A stretch of 64,000 nt of DNA from Octopus bimaculoides (GCF_001194135.2 NC_068987.1:55387116-55451115); one strand, 5' to 3'. Counted from the first letter of the stretch, positions 27,771-39,722 are shown. The notes: generated by a model not told the origin, from the letters alone. Translations and numbers: made by a program.

Positions 27771-30700
27771 GTTCCAAGTTATGTCATGGAGAGCTCTTCA
27801 AACCATCCATGTCACCGCCTCAGTATTCCTGCAGCTAGGTTATTCTGGTGTCGTCATTGCATGCAGATATTTGAAGATCCAATCACTCGGTGGCGGCACA
27901 GCAAAACTTGTCTTAATTCTTCGTCTCGCAACGTTAAGAAAGACAGAGATGGACGCACAATGCAAGTATTTGTCAATGCTGACAATTTATCACACCGCCA
28001 ACGTGAGGAGAACAAATTAAAATCAGTTAGCCGTGGTGTTGGCACAGGTAAATCTCCAAATGCAGACTTACGGTGTCGAATATGCAAGAAAACTTTTCTG
28101 TCAATTGAAGAAATGCGTACACATGTGCGAACTCCATGCCGTAAACGCCCATCTATGGGTATTGCTAAACACAAATACACAGCAAGGCATAAAGACATGT
28201 GTGCTCCTATTCAAATTCCAGATTCAACATCTGAAATTATTTACATTAAAGATGGTCACCAAACTGTATTCTCATTGGAGTCTCAGTCTTCTCAGCCTGA
28301 AGGTATAAAAACAGAACCTATTGAACCCCAACCATCAAATTTTAAAGAGAATGCATTTCAATATGGTTCTTGTGGAGAAGAAAATGTGATTATCATTCCA
28401 GATACATTTGATAATACTAGCAATCTTAACACTATCGAACAGACTGTTGAGATTACTGCTGTTGAAATGGTTCCGCCTGTTGTTTCCAAAGGTGAAGATA
28501 TTATGAAGCAATGTTGTAAGTGTAAAGAAAACAAAGAGAACAATGTTCGCAAACGGAAACGTGTTATACCAAAAGAGATTGAAGAACGACCTAATCTCAA
28601 GACCAATGTCACAAGTTCTCCCAAAGGGGATCAACAGATCTCACCAGCACCACTGCCGTCAGTTACTGAAACACCACCCAAAGATGTCCCCGATGATGTT
28701 GAATCCTCTATGGTGAAAATTGCCAAGGTGATGAAAGATTTGGAGGACCTACTTCTTAAACAACCTACCACGGAAAATGAAATTGATGAGAAGATTGAAG
28801 AGTTTCCTTCTGATGATTCAAAAGGTTTGGTAACTGACAACCTTCCGAATGATGTCATCACTCAGTTGTGTGAAGATGCTCCCGAAAAAGTTGAAATACC
28901 ACCTGACAAAGATGTTTCCTCTGATGAAAATACCGAATCCTGTCTAAAAGATCTCCTCTTCACATCTGTCAAAATGAAAAACCAAGTTAAGTTGTCTCCC
29001 AAGAATGTAAAAAGCATCAACCTGTCAGCTGTGTCCCCACAGAAAACAAGCAATAGTAACAGCAAGTGTACCGTTCGGAACGATCTGAACAAGTCTAGAC
29101 TCTCACCTGTCCCACAAGATAACCTTTGTTTGGACTTGTTCATGCCCGTCAATGCATGCTCGGTGACACTTCCTGACCCTCTGCTTGACATAAAGAACGG
29201 GATGCCTGCAGAGGTATTACTTGATGAAACCACCAGCACAAAACCACCAGTTGCAGCTGCATTACTTGAAAGTATTCCATCACGGGATTCAGCTGAGTTG
29301 AAAGAGGAAAACAAACTGCCATCATATATTTTTGAAGGAGACTTTCTTCCATTACAGGAGCATTCTGATGTTCTTTTTGAAGAATCTACTATTGATGAAA
29401 AACAAAGCTCTGAAGAAAGTATCATTCAGCCTGTTGAAGAAGTGGCTGAAGTAAAAGACTGTTTATCATCCTCTGCTGTTATGGTTGCTACTGAGAATGA
29501 ACAGCCCCTTGAAAAGGTTTATCAGGATAAGGCATTGGTATCTACCGTTTCAGAACCATTAATAAAAGAATCATCAGTTTCTGAAATGATCAGCTCTGAA
29601 ATACCAGTAGAGGAGATTCAAACAATTCCCAATGAGGCTCAAGTTACATCATTTGACTCTGCTTCAGACAAAATGACTGAAGATGATATATCTAAGGTGA
29701 AAGAACATAAAGAGGTAGTTCAGCAGTCAGATCTTCACCTGCAAGATCAACAGTCAGATCCTCATGTGGAAGATCAACAGCCTGATGATGTTCAGCTGAA
29801 AGATCAACAGCCTGATGATGTTCAGCTGAAAGATCAACAGCCTGATGATGTTCAGCTGAAAGATCAACAGCCTGATGATGTTCAGCTGAAAGATCAACAG
29901 CCTGATGATGTTCAGCTGAAAGATCAACAGCCTGATGATGTTCAGCTGAAAGATCAACAGCCTGATGATGTTCAGCTGAAAGATCAACAGCCTGATGATG
30001 TTCAGCTGAAAGATCAACAACCAGAACTTCAGATGGAAGAGCCTCAAGCAAAAGAGAATCAGGCAAAAGGGTATCAAGTGAGAGAGCAGCCAGAAGAACA
30101 TCAAATGGAAGAAAGTAAGGTGGAGGAATGTAAAATGGAAGAACATATGGTGGAAAAGCCATATATAAAATACCATCATAAAGAACTTCATCAGATTGAA
30201 GAGGTGGATGAAATACCTGACAGGGAAGAGGAATTAGAGTTTCAAGAGGAAGAGTCATCTCTGCAAAAAGAAGGGAAACATTTTAGTGGGAAACATGAAA
30301 GAGAAACAAAACTGCAAAAGTCTCCAAAGTTATACAAGTGTAAAGCTTGCGGTAACACATTTAAAACAGCCCCAGCACTGCAGAAACATTCTCGTGTCCC
30401 CTGTAAAGTGAAGCATACTCGCAGTTTGTGTCAGAAAATTCTACGTCCAAAGCGACCATGTGCTAAAATTGAAAAGAAACCTGTGAAAAAGAAAGTAGTG
30501 AAACCACCTAAACGTCCAAAGCTTATGGTTCCTATTGTTCCTATAACACGACCAGAAGTAGCGCGTCCAGCCACACCAAAAAGGCCACGTCGTTTCTCCA
30601 GACGCAAACGAAGAAAATCTTCTTTTATTGATGAACAAAAACGTATTCTACCTTTTGTCAATGTACTTATGTCAGAACTTTCTGTTAAAGATCTCTTTTT

Positions 30701-33700
30701 TTACAAGTTGGGCTTAATTAATAACTCTTGCAAACCCACCACCTCTACACCTGAAATAATGTCAGAGACACTATCAATATGTAAACTGGGGAAAGACAAG
30801 TCTTTGATTGTTCGTAGAACTTCTGCTGATCTTCCTCCATTTGATAACAACCTAGAAATGACGAATTCCTCAGTACACTCTGTTGACTCTGCATTAATTA
30901 GTGGTGTTTTTAATGACTGTTCTCTTCCAGAAGGAAAAAGAATACCTGCTGTTGATAACAGTTATATGCCAGTACTTGAATCAACGACTTCTGCAACTGT
31001 TGAAGATTACTTTGAACTTGAAAGTCATCAAAGCCAAGGTCATTCAAAAAACGATATAGAAGTTGCAGCAGCCTCGTCTGTTGAGATCTCTGTACCTCAA
31101 GCTAACAAAAAAACAAGTAAAAGTGATAGTAATTGCCAGAATCAGCCTTCTGTGCTTTGTAAAGAAGAAAATATATCATTGAAGAAAGACAGTGATTTAT
31201 CTTCAGTTACCTGTGATCTTAAAGATTCTTTCACCACAGATGATAAAAATAAGACCTGCACTGACTCTGACCAGTCTGAACCAGAATCTCTTCCTGTTTT
31301 CCATACTTCAGATTCAGTAAAATTACTGAGAAAGAAACTCCAACAAGAATGCAGCAACCCTATTTCTATCGTAGCTCAAGGTTCAAGGAATCAACATTTA
31401 TCTACAGAGGAATTGCGCAAACCTCCAACTTTAGATTCTTCCAGTGATGATGCAAAGAGTAAAACCAAAAAACATACGGTTTTCGAAGGAGATCAATATC
31501 TGACTCAAAAATCTGAACAACAGACGACAATAGAGAAAATTGATAATTCTTCTGTTAATGATAGCAAAAAAAGAACTCAGACAGGAAAAGAACCTTCAAA
31601 TTCGTCTGCTGTTTCATCAGATATTTCACCACTTGTCTCAAATGAAACTATTGCTCAGTCTAATTCTTTAGCAAACCAGTCTCGAAATTTTTCTTTGTCA
31701 AACTCTTTGTCTCTATTGGTGTCTCGTCTTAAAGATGCAACAGGCATAACCCCTGCCACTGACAACAATAGTGTTTTCCATAGTAAATCTGATTTAGATT
31801 CTGAAAATAAATCTTCAGATGTAAATTCTGAAAAAGAGTCTTCCACTTCACTACCTCCTTCTGACATTGTTGATAAAAATGTTAGAACTGAATGGCTTGG
31901 TGTATGCTTGCCCAGCCAAATGTCTCCCAACATGCCAGCTGCTGATTCTCCAACAAGTGACAAACACTTGGATTCTGAACATTTAGTTGATAAACACAAG
32001 CCATCAAATGATGTCAGTGTTTCACTATGCAGTACTCAACCTCTTCATATAGAGACTTCCAACTCATTATCTAAGAAGCTAGATGTTAGCCACTCTGCAA
32101 AGCAACGTCATTTTAGCGACATCTTTGGCAATGAAAAATCTTCTTTAGTTGAAAAAGATAATTCTAATGATCAACACTGTCAGATATCTCCATCAAAAGA
32201 AAGATCTAAGCGCCATTTTACTGACTTCTTGAGTTCACTCAGTGAAAATTCTGTCAACAATGCACAGCATCCAGAGCCTACTCATTTGCCAGAATGTACT
32301 TTATCCGGGAGAGATAATATTTCAAAGACTTGTGGAAATTCTTCATCAAATCAAATCGCCAAGAGATCTGACACTGATCCCTGTGTTTCCTGCCAACATG
32401 CTGCTGATACTGCCCAGAATGTTAATCAGACTTGCCATAATGCTAGAGCTGTTCCTGAAGAGGCTAAAAACCCTATGGTGGATGTAAATAAAAGCCCTCA
32501 AATTTCTCCTGTCAAAAAACGCACACACTGTTATTGCGGTTCAGCTGTTACTAGTGTTAGTATTGAACCACCCAATGCCATGCACAGATCTCAATGTCCA
32601 TGCCATCAACATCAGGTATCTAATCCATTAGAGCCTAGCTCTGCTGATGCTGAATCCATTTCAAAGGGCTGTCTTCATACTGATAATGTCAGCGATTCAG
32701 TCATTTCTTCCTTTGATGCTTGCGCTCAGGGTTGTCCCTTGAAAATTCAAGACAATACGCTTCTTCCTGATAACACTCGTGCAGCTGCTCATGTCTTATC
32801 TCTCAGACATCGGGTGTCAGACTTTGTTTCTATACCTTCTAGTTCTGTGCATATGAACATGGCCTGGTCCACTAATGTGTGTCGAGCTGCCTTGTCTGTA
32901 GACTCTTCAGGAGATCCTTGTGCATTTCCCAAACAAACTACTTTATGTGTCCCTTTGAATTCGTCTACAAAAACCGGTGGTGGGACAGAATCTCCTTTGC
33001 AGAATTCTTCGTTGCAACATCATCATTTTCGTCATCATCATCATCACCACTCATGTACACCCACTACTTCTCCTACCTCTTCCACATCATCTTCATCAAC
33101 ATCAACATCATCATCATCATCGTTGTCTAGCTGTGTAACATCTGTATCATCATCTACTGCTACTATTTGTAGCACTACTACTACTTCTTCTAGCACTGCT
33201 ACTAGTAGTAAAGATGTCCATAAACCAAATATTACTTTAAACGCGGATTCCATTACAGAGGTCCCTGATAAAAAGTTAACACCAACATTGTGTGTTGCTG
33301 CAAGGAACAGTACTGGACACAGCAACGACTGCTGCTCCACTGCTACTAATGCACTTACAATAGTTGTAGAGAATACTGATAGCAGTACCACTGCTTCCAA
33401 CACCAACGATGTTGCAGTAACTGCGTCTTGTTCTGAATCTTCATCTAGTGACACACAAACTAAATGTAACTGTTCAGGGAAGTTTTGCCTTCCGAGGCAG
33501 AAATTAAAAGGCGCCCTCTGTTTGGGTAACAACGAAGACAAACTGTCAGTGTTTTGTAATTGTACTAGTAATAATAGTAGCAGTAGTATTAACAATAATA
33601 ATAATAATAATAACTTACATCAACATCACCTACACCATCATCACAATCACCATCATAACTGCAATAGTAACACAGCTAGTAGCTTTTTAAATGCAAAGGG

Positions 33701-34601
33701 GCCACTAATTCCTGAGTCTGTGGCGTGTCTCTGTAGTAAAAGGTTAGAGACTCGGTCAGCTGTTCTTAAAGGAGAATCAAATGTAATGTCCTGTAAAAAT
33801 CCATTCCAATCTCGAGTTATACCATCTTCAGTTATCTGTGTTAAGCGATCCCTTAATCCAAGAATATCAGTCGCTACACAGACTGAATCCAGCTTCTTGA
33901 AGGAAGTTAAGGTTGTTCCGGCTGTCTCATCGACAAGTGAAACAACAAAGACTTGTGATAGTATCAAGGTAACTACTGACCCCAGCCGTTCCTCTTCCCT
34001 TCAGACTTGTCCAAAGCAAATTCCTGAACCATCCTCTTTGGAGCAGCAGCTGACTTCTGAAGAAGTTGTCCAAGAAGAGATTCTCCTTGATGCAAATACA
34101 CTTCCTGTTGTGGGAGAGACATTGATAAATAATCAACTTCCTGCAACTGGGAGCGAAGAAATCCAATACGACACTGAACGTAAAGACAGTCCAGTTTCAA
34201 ATTCATTAATATGCGCGTCTGACTCGACTCAGCTTACTTGCTCAGGCAAGGCTTCAAACAGTGTGGGTAGTTCTCCCACTAACATCTCTACTTCCATTGG
34301 GGCCACTGAATTAATGGCAGTAAGTAGCGTTGGTTCCGAGTCCAATGTGTATGTTCAGTATGTCGGCGAGTTTGATCCCTCACTGCTGCCTGAGGAAGTT
34401 ACATTTGTGATCATACAAGGCGATTCAGGGGAAGGTGTGCCAGTGGCTGATGGGCAGAGCTTAATTATTGAAGGGTCTGGATTCGAAGAACCCACTGATG
34501 GCACGTCTGTTCCTCTGCAAGCTAACATACCAGTTGCTTATGCTCTGCAGCAGCGAGAGGATATTGCAGGAGATTCTGAATGTATTGTATCAGAAATGTA
34601 G
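27771..34601 (+). CDS. Giant terminal coding exon of a largely disordered protein with three C2HC zinc fingers (putative nuclear regulator)
   Basis: Stop-free 2271-aa ORF in repeat-rich DNA, with a strong polypyrimidine acceptor ending at 27770. Cx2Cx12Hx3-4C fingers at 27849-27911, 28074-28139 and 30339-30404. Basic NLS-like patches (RKRKR; KRPRRFSRRKRRK). Confidence 0.9.
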   Translation, partial: VPSYVMESSSNHPCHRLSIPAARLFWCRHCMQIFEDPITRWRHSKTCLNSSSRNVKKDRDGRTMQVFVNADNLSHRQREENKLKSVSRGVGTGKSPNADLRCRICKKTFLSIEEMRTHVRTPCRKRPSMGIAKHKYTARHKDMCAPIQIPDSTSEIIYIKDGHQTVFSLESQSSQPEGIKTEPIEPQPSNFKENAFQYGSCGEENVIIIPDTFDNTSNLNTIEQTVEITAVEMVPPVVSKGEDIMKQCCKCKENKENNVRKRKRVIPKEIEERPNLKTNVTSSPKGDQQISPAPLPSVTETPPKDVPDDVESSMVKIAKVMKDLEDLLLKQPTTENEIDEKIEEFPSDDSKGLVTDNLPNDVITQLCEDAPEKVEIPPDKDVSSDENTESCLKDLLFTSVKMKNQVKLSPKNVKSINLSAVSPQKTSNSNSKCTVRNDLNKSRLSPVPQDNLCLDLFMPVNACSVTLPDPLLDIKNGMPAEVLLDETTSTKPPVAAALLESIPSRDSAELKEENKLPSYIFEGDFLPLQEHSDVLFEESTIDEKQSSEESIIQPVEEVAEVKDCLSSSAVMVATENEQPLEKVYQDKALVSTVSEPLIKESSVSEMISSEIPVEEIQTIPNEAQVTSFDSASDKMTEDDISKVKEHKEVVQQSDLHLQDQQSDPHVEDQQPDDVQLKDQQPDDVQLKDQQPDDVQLKDQQPDDVQLKDQQPDDVQLKDQQPDDVQLKDQQPDDVQLKDQQPDDVQLKDQQPELQMEEPQAKENQAKGYQVREQPEEHQMEESKVEECKMEEHMVEKPYIKYHHKELHQIEEVDEIPDREEELEFQEEESSLQKEGKHFSGKHERETKLQKSPKLYKCKACGNTFKTAPALQKHSRVPCKVKHTRSLCQKILRPKRPCAKIEKKPVKKKVVKPPKRPKLMVPIVPITRPEVARPATPKRPRRFSRRKRRKSSFIDEQKRILPFVNVLMSELSVKDLFFYKLGLINNSCKPTTSTPEIMSETLSICKLGKDKSLIVRRTSADLPPFDNNLEMTNSSVHSVDSALISGVFNDCSLPEGKRIPAVDNSYMPVLESTTSATVEDYFELESHQSQGHSKNDIEVAAASSVEISVPQANKKTSKSDSNCQNQPSVLCKEENISLKKDSDLSSVTCDLKDSFTTDDKNKTCTDSDQSEPESLPVFHTSDSVKLLRKKLQQECSNPISIVAQGSRNQHLSTEELRKPPTLDSSSDDAKSKTKKHTVFEGDQYLTQKSEQQTTIEKIDNSSVNDSKKRTQTGKEPSNSSAVSSDISPLVSNETIAQSNSLANQSRNFSLSNSLSLLVSRLKDATGITPATDNNSVFHSKSDLDSENKSSDVNSEKESSTSLPPSDIVDKNVRTEWLGVCLPSQMSPNMPAADSPTSDKHLDSEHLVDKHKPSNDVSVSLCSTQPLHIETSNSLSKKLDVSHSAKQRHFSDIFGNEKSSLVEKDNSNDQHCQISPSKERSKRHFTDFLSSLSENSVNNAQHPEPTHLPECTLSGRDNISKTCGNSSSNQIAKRSDTDPCVSCQHAADTAQNVNQTCHNARAVPEEAKNPMVDVNKSPQISPVKKRTHCYCGSAVTSVSIEPPNAMHRSQCPCHQHQVSNPLEPSSADAESISKGCLHTDNVSDSVISSFDACAQGCPLKIQDNTLLPDNTRAAAHVLSLRHRVSDFVSIPSSSVHMNMAWSTNVCRAALSVDSSGDPCAFPKQTTLCVPLNSSTKTGGGTESPLQNSSLQHHHFRHHHHHHSCTPTTSPTSSTSSSSTSTSSSSSLSSCVTSVSSSTATICSTTTTSSSTATSSKDVHKPNITLNADSITEVPDKKLTPTLCVAARNSTGHSNDCCSTATNALTIVVENTDSSTTASNTNDVAVTASCSESSSSDTQTKCNCSGKFCLPRQKLKGALCLGNNEDKLSVFCNCTSNNSSSSINNNNNNNNLHQHHLHHHHNHHHNCNSNTASSFLNAKGPLIPESVACLCSKRLETRSAVLKGESNVMSCKNPFQSRVIPSSVICVKRSLNPRISVATQTESSFLKEVKVVPAVSSTSETTKTCDSIKVTTDPSRSSSLQTCPKQIPEPSSLEQQLTSEEVVQEEILLDANTLPVVGETLINNQLPATGSEEIQYDTERKDSPVSNSLICASDSTQLTCSGKASNSVGSSPTNISTSIGATELMAVSSVGSESNVYVQYVGEFDPSLLPEEVTFVIIQGDSGEGVPVADGQSLIIEGSGFEEPTDGTSVPLQANIPVAYALQQREDIAGDSECIVSEM
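29771..30010 (+). repeat. Coding minisatellite: 8 identical 30-bp units (DQQPDDVQLK)
   Basis: agatcaacagcctgatgatgttcagctgaa x8, preceded by degenerate 27-bp units. Confidence 0.97.
33017..33660 (+). repeat. In-frame trinucleotide tracts encoding poly-His, poly-Ser/Thr and poly-Asn
   Basis: (CAT)n, (TCA)n, (ACT)n and (AAT)n runs inside the ORF. Confidence 0.85.
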
Positions 34602-34737
34602 CTAGCTCCATTAAGGATTATCTAGCAAAATCAAGGTAAAAAGAAAAAAAGAAAAAAAAAAGAAAATGAAATGTCTCTCACTGTCTCCCATCTCCCATAA
34701 AAAATGGCAATCATTACATTCTTTTCTGCTAATTTTT

Positions 34738-34743
34738 AATAAA
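34738..34743 (+). terminator. Candidate polyadenylation signal AATAAA
   Basis: First AATAAA after the stop codon, with T-rich tracts downstream. Further AATAAA near 35578. Confidence 0.3.
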
Positions 34744-36614
34744 TTGAAATTTTTAAAAATTTATTTTACCATGATTTCTATTATAAATTCTCTAACATTT
34801 CCCCCTGCCCAATTTTTTTTTTTTTTTTTTATCTGAAAGATTATTTACAAGTGAATATTGAAATACTGGTTTTATTTTTCCATCTTGGTCATGTTGTAAA
34901 TATTGATATTCTTCAATGATTTCTTGGTATTCTTCAAGGTTTGTCCTTGAATCTGTTGCTTATTTAATGTGAAGTTCATTGTGAACAAAAAAAAAAGTCT
35001 TCTGATTCTACTCAAATTTCTGACGATTGATGATGGATAGCCGACTGAACCACTTAAATTAACTGTTTATACCTGTTTTTGATGTACAGTTTATATAACA
35101 TTTGGTATTAATGTCCTTATTGATGGTTGTTTTGTATGTATGTGTGAGTGTTTGTATAAAAATATGCCTATATATTCCTACTGTGTGTACATGTCAGTTT
35201 GGAAACTCGTCTGTCTATGGGACGTTTATTTGTCATTTATTACAGTTATTTATAGCTAAATACTTTGAATTTATATATATATATATATATACACATATAT
35301 ATATATACACACACACACACNNNNNNNNNNNNNNNNNNNNNNNNNNNNNNNNNNNNNNNNNNNNNNNNNNNNNNNNNNNNNNNNNNNNNNNNNNNNNNNN
35401 NNNNNNNNNNNNNNNNNNNNTATATTTATATATATATATATATTTATATATATATTTATATTTATATATACATATATACATACATACATATACATATATA
35501 ATTATTTATTTATTTATTCAAAAGGAGTATAAACTTCTGTTTGAATTCCAGTCATATCACATATAGATAATAGTAAAATAAAAATAAAAGATATATTGAA
35601 AAATACCGTCTTCATAAGAGGTTAAAAACAGTTACCCAAAGGGAAAGATTTGTTTCCCTATCAAAGAATAAAGAATGATTATTACTCTGTGAACTTTTCA
35701 GTGTTTTTTTTTTCTCCTTCAGATTTAGCATATCATTACATTAATGTTACATACTTAAATACTTATTTTACATACTAGTGCTTGACCTTTTTTTGAGCAA
35801 AATTATGTTTATACTTGCGGATAATCACAGCCATTGACTTTTCATCAGATTTTTTATGCCCATTCTTGACAGCTAAGTGAAATGGTGTGTGTGTGTGTGT
35901 GTATATGTATGTATCTATAATATTATATAATACATATGTATGTGTGTGTATGTATGTATATGTAGAATGTTCTGCTCAGAAACAACGAAACAACTGTAGC
36001 AGATTTGCTGGAAAAAAAGAAAACCAAACAAAACAAACATAAATCAAACCAATTGGCCAATTTGCCTCTACAGTTTATCATACCTTTGTTGTTTTATATG
36101 ATTTTTTTTTCCTTTTGTTTTATTTTACATAAAAACACTGTTTCTATATATAAAAAAAAAATGTATGAATTCGATTTTTTTTGTGAACTGTTGAGAATTT
36201 GTGAAAAATTTTCTATATATTTATTGACTTTCAGTTTAGTAAATATTCATTAGAGATCCAAACGTGTGATTGGGCATCAAAATGAAATTGAAGAATTTAT
36301 TTATTTTTGTTTTACTGTTTCTTTTGGCCAGTACCATAGAGCAAGAGGTAACCATCAGCTAAATTTGGCATTGCAGCACAATTTCACTTCACTGTTGAAG
36401 CTATATCACCTTTTTTATGCTGCTAATGTCTTAAAAAACATCACATTTCCAGTTTCTTTTGCACTTAAGGTATCCTCTGCTTAGCAAATAACAGAAAAAT
36501 GACACCGGGTTACACGATTTTTGTCCTTGGGTAGCAACTATTATTTCCTATTTGCTTACCTGTAGAAAGTATGCAAAATGGCTAATATTTCTTTCAAACT
36601 TTATTCAAATCCCG

Positions 36615-36765
36615 AAGAATCAACACATAGCTATGATGCTCCCCCACTACTACATCTCATAATCAGAGATGTACGTATTGTTAGCTATTAAGGGATATGT
36701 TCAAGTGGTTTAAGTCAAGCAACTGACAAGCGTGGTATTGAGCAAAATATTTGCTGTAACAATAT
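36615..36765 (-). mobile_element. Fragment of the same repeat family as 52014-52560
   Basis: Reverse complement matches cttgtca..gcttga..cttaacca..gagcatatcccttagtggctga..atgtgcatctctgat..gtagtggg...catagctatgtgttga. Confidence 0.65.
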
Positions 36766-37334
36766 TTCTGCTTCAGCAACTCGTGTAACGGAAAATAGGT
36801 CAGTTTTGAAACATGATGTCCAGGTCACAAAAACAAAATTTGAAGAGAATAGTACTAATTTCTTTTGATTTCTAGACAGAAGCAAATAGGAAATAACTCT
36901 TGATGACCAAAGAAAAGACAAATTTATTAGTGAAATATAACATCCTTAAGCTCTCTACTACATCATCAGCAATACTAACAAGCTGATTATTAGATTCTGT
37001 TTCATAATTGTTTCAAATTCTGATACAAAGCCAGCAATCTTGGGGGTAGGGACCCCAGTGCTTGACTGATACTTCATTCTATTGACCTTGAATGGATGAA
37101 AGGCAAAGTTATCCTCAATGTTATTTGAACTCAGAATGTAAAGAGCTGGAAGAATTGCTGCATTTTGTCCCAAGCACCAAAGGTTTTGCCAGCTCTTTCC
37201 CTTAGGGGTTTCTATTATAATGAAGTGGGAAGATGAATCAGGTGAAAGGACTGATCCTTCTGGGGAAAAAAAAGTAGGAACACCCAACTCTCACAGATGA
37301 ATGTATCTGCCCTAAAAAATGAAATTCTCCTTCT

Positions 37335-37590
37335 CTCCTCACAGCATATACAAACTTACCCAGACTTAGGAATTTCATTATAATTTTTGCTGTTGTAAAC
37401 CATTGCTAGTTTCCTTGGACTGAATTTACTGTATAATATAGATTAGTAGGTACCTCTATTTCGTTAACACTACCAACAGCTTTGAGTTTTTTTAATTTTA
37501 TTTTTTACAAGTATCTTAATCCTGCATTTATTTTACATAAATTTAATATCTTAAGTCTCTTCCTCATTTTTTCCATTGTGTGCCCAGCTC
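37335..37590 (+). repeat. Local direct duplication, copy 1 (copy 2 at 39935-40190)
   Basis: About 255 bp align collinearly (cagcatataca.acttatcc.acttaggaatttcattataatttttg...aagtctcttcctcat). Confidence 0.8.
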
Positions 37591-37694
37591 TGCCTCCCAG
37601 GAAGTGTGTGTGTATAAATGTATATATATATATATATATATATATTGTATTATGTGCAGGTGTAACGGTATAGGTGCTAGAATAGCTCTGTGTT

Positions 37695-38000
37695 ACCTTG
37701 AGCAAGTGTCTTCTATAATCTTGAGCTGATCAAAGCGTTGTGAGTGGATTTGGTTGATGAAAGCTGAAAAAAAAGCCCATCATATATATAGATATGTGTG
37801 TCTGTGTTTTCTCTCCACTGTCTGACAGCTGGTGTTGATGTGTTTATGTCCTTGTGTTTATGTCTGAAAAAGAGACTGATAGAATAATTACAAGGCTTTA
37901 AAAAAAAAATTACTGGGGTTGATTCATTCAACTAAAATTCTTCAAGGTGGTGCCCCAACATGGCTGCAGTCCAGTGACTGAAACAGGTAAAGGATAAAGA
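37695..38000 (+). mobile_element. CORE-type SINE, family C (5' truncated)
   Basis: accttgagcaagtgtcttctata...gtgactgaaacaggtaaag. Confidence 0.75.
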
Positions 38001-38009
38001 TGTGTATAT

Positions 38010-38356
38010 ATGAGGCATGTAAAAAGCACCTTTAGAGTGTTGGGCCTCATGGAGGCAAAGTGGCTGAGCTCCTTTCAAGTGTTAGGCCTCACAGAGGCAA
38101 TGACAGACCTTTGGCATTATGTCATGCTTGAGAAGAGGTCCCATCAAGCCGAGCAAAATTGCAGTTGTGGCAGATACCAATGTCACGCAAATGGCACCCG
38201 TACTGGTGTAAAGTGACCCATTACACTCTGAGTGGTTGGCATTGGGAAGGGTATCCTGCCATAGAAATCAAGCCAAATCAGACTGGAATCTAGTGCAGCT
38301 TGCCAGCCCCAGTCAAACCTTTCAGCCCATGCCAGCATAGACAACGGGCATTAAAC
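38010..38356 (+). mobile_element. RTE 3'-end-derived fragment
   Basis: ggcctcac.gaggcaatgac..gacctttgg plus tail acactctgagtggttggcatt, matching the element at 21232. Confidence 0.65.
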
Positions 38357-39722
38357 ATCATCATCATCATCGTTTAACATCTGCTTTCCATGCTGGCATG
38401 GGTTGGACAGTTTGGCTGAGGACTGGCGAGCCAGATGGCTGCACCAGGCTCCAATCTGATCTGGCATTGTTTCTACAGCTGGATGCCCTTCCTAATGCCA
38501 ACCACTCCAAGAGTGTAGTGGGTGCTTTTATGTGCCACCAACACGAGAGCCAGTCAGGCAGTACTGGTGATGGCCACGCTCAAATGGTGTATTTTATGTA
38601 CCACCTGCACAAGAGCCAGTCCAGCTGCACTGGCAACAACCTTGTTCGAATGTTGTTTTTCATGTGCCACCAGCACAAGTGCCAGTNNNNNNNNNNNNNN
38701 NNNNNNNNNNNNNNNNNNNNNNNNNNNNNNNNNNNNNNNNNNNNNNNNNNNNNNNNNNNNNNNNNNNNNNNNNNNNNNNNNNNNNNNNNNNNNNNNNNNN
38801 NNNNNNNNNNNNNNNNNNNNNNNNNNNNNNNNNNNNNNNNNNNNNNNNNNNNNNNNNNNNNNNNNNNNNNNNNNNNNNNNNNNNNNNNNNNNCCACATCA
38901 GCAAATTTGATTTTGATTGTGATTTCACTTGCCTCAACAGGTCTTCGCAAGCAACGCATAAGTAGGCTGGTTACACCGCTGGCATAGGCCATGGGTTATG
39001 GTCTCACTTGGCTTGCCGGGTCTTCTCAAGCACAGCATATTTCCAAAGGTCTCGGTCACTAGTCATTGCCTCGGTGAGGCCCAGTGTTCAAAGGTCATGC
39101 TTCACCACCTCATCCCAGGTCTTCCTGGGTCTACCTCTTCCACAGATACCCTCAACTTGCTAGGGTGTGACACCTTTTCACACAGCTATCCTCATCCATT
39201 CGCACCACATGGCCATACCAGCGCAGTTGTCTCTCTTGCACACCACATCTGATGCTTCTTAGGTTCAACTTTTCTCTCAAGGCGCTTACACTGTCGTGTA
39301 TGCACACTGACATTACACATCCAGCGGAGCATACTGGCTTTATTCCTTGCAAGCTTACACATGTCCTCAGCAGTCACGGCCCATGTTTCACTGCCATGTA
39401 GCATGGCTATTCGTACACATGCGTCATACAGTCTACTTTTTACTCTGAGTGAGAGGCCCTTTGTCACCAGCAGAAGTAGGAGCTCACTGAACTTTGCCCA
39501 GTCTAGTCTTATTCTAGCAGCTACACTTTCAGAGCATCCACCTCTGCAAATGACTTGGTCACCTAGGTAACGGAAGCTGTCAACTACTAGTTTTTCTCCC
39601 TGGAATGTGACAGAAGTTGTCTTCTGCACCTTTCCAGTCTTTATTGCTCCTGAGCATCTGCCACATACAAAAACTATCTTCCCAGTTAGCCTTCCTTTGA
39701 TATTGCTGCACCTCTTATGTAT
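38357..39722 (-). mobile_element. 5'-truncated RTE-clade LINE, second copy
   Basis: Minus ORFs read VDSFRYLGDQV, RLYDACVRIAMLHGSETW and RQLRWYGHVVRM. 3' UTR and (GAT)n tail present. Confidence 0.9.

Noticed and set aside
29771-30010. CRISPR-like array
   Set aside because: No spacers. It is a contiguous coding tandem repeat in a eukaryote.
29692-30258. Antisense ORFs over the 30-bp repeat and elsewhere in the giant exon
   Set aside because: Shadows of the stop-poor sense ORF and repeat.
21232-39722. Inverted RTE copies flanking the coding exons as circRNA drivers
   Set aside because: The giant exon appears terminal with no evident downstream donor, so back-splicing is unsupported.
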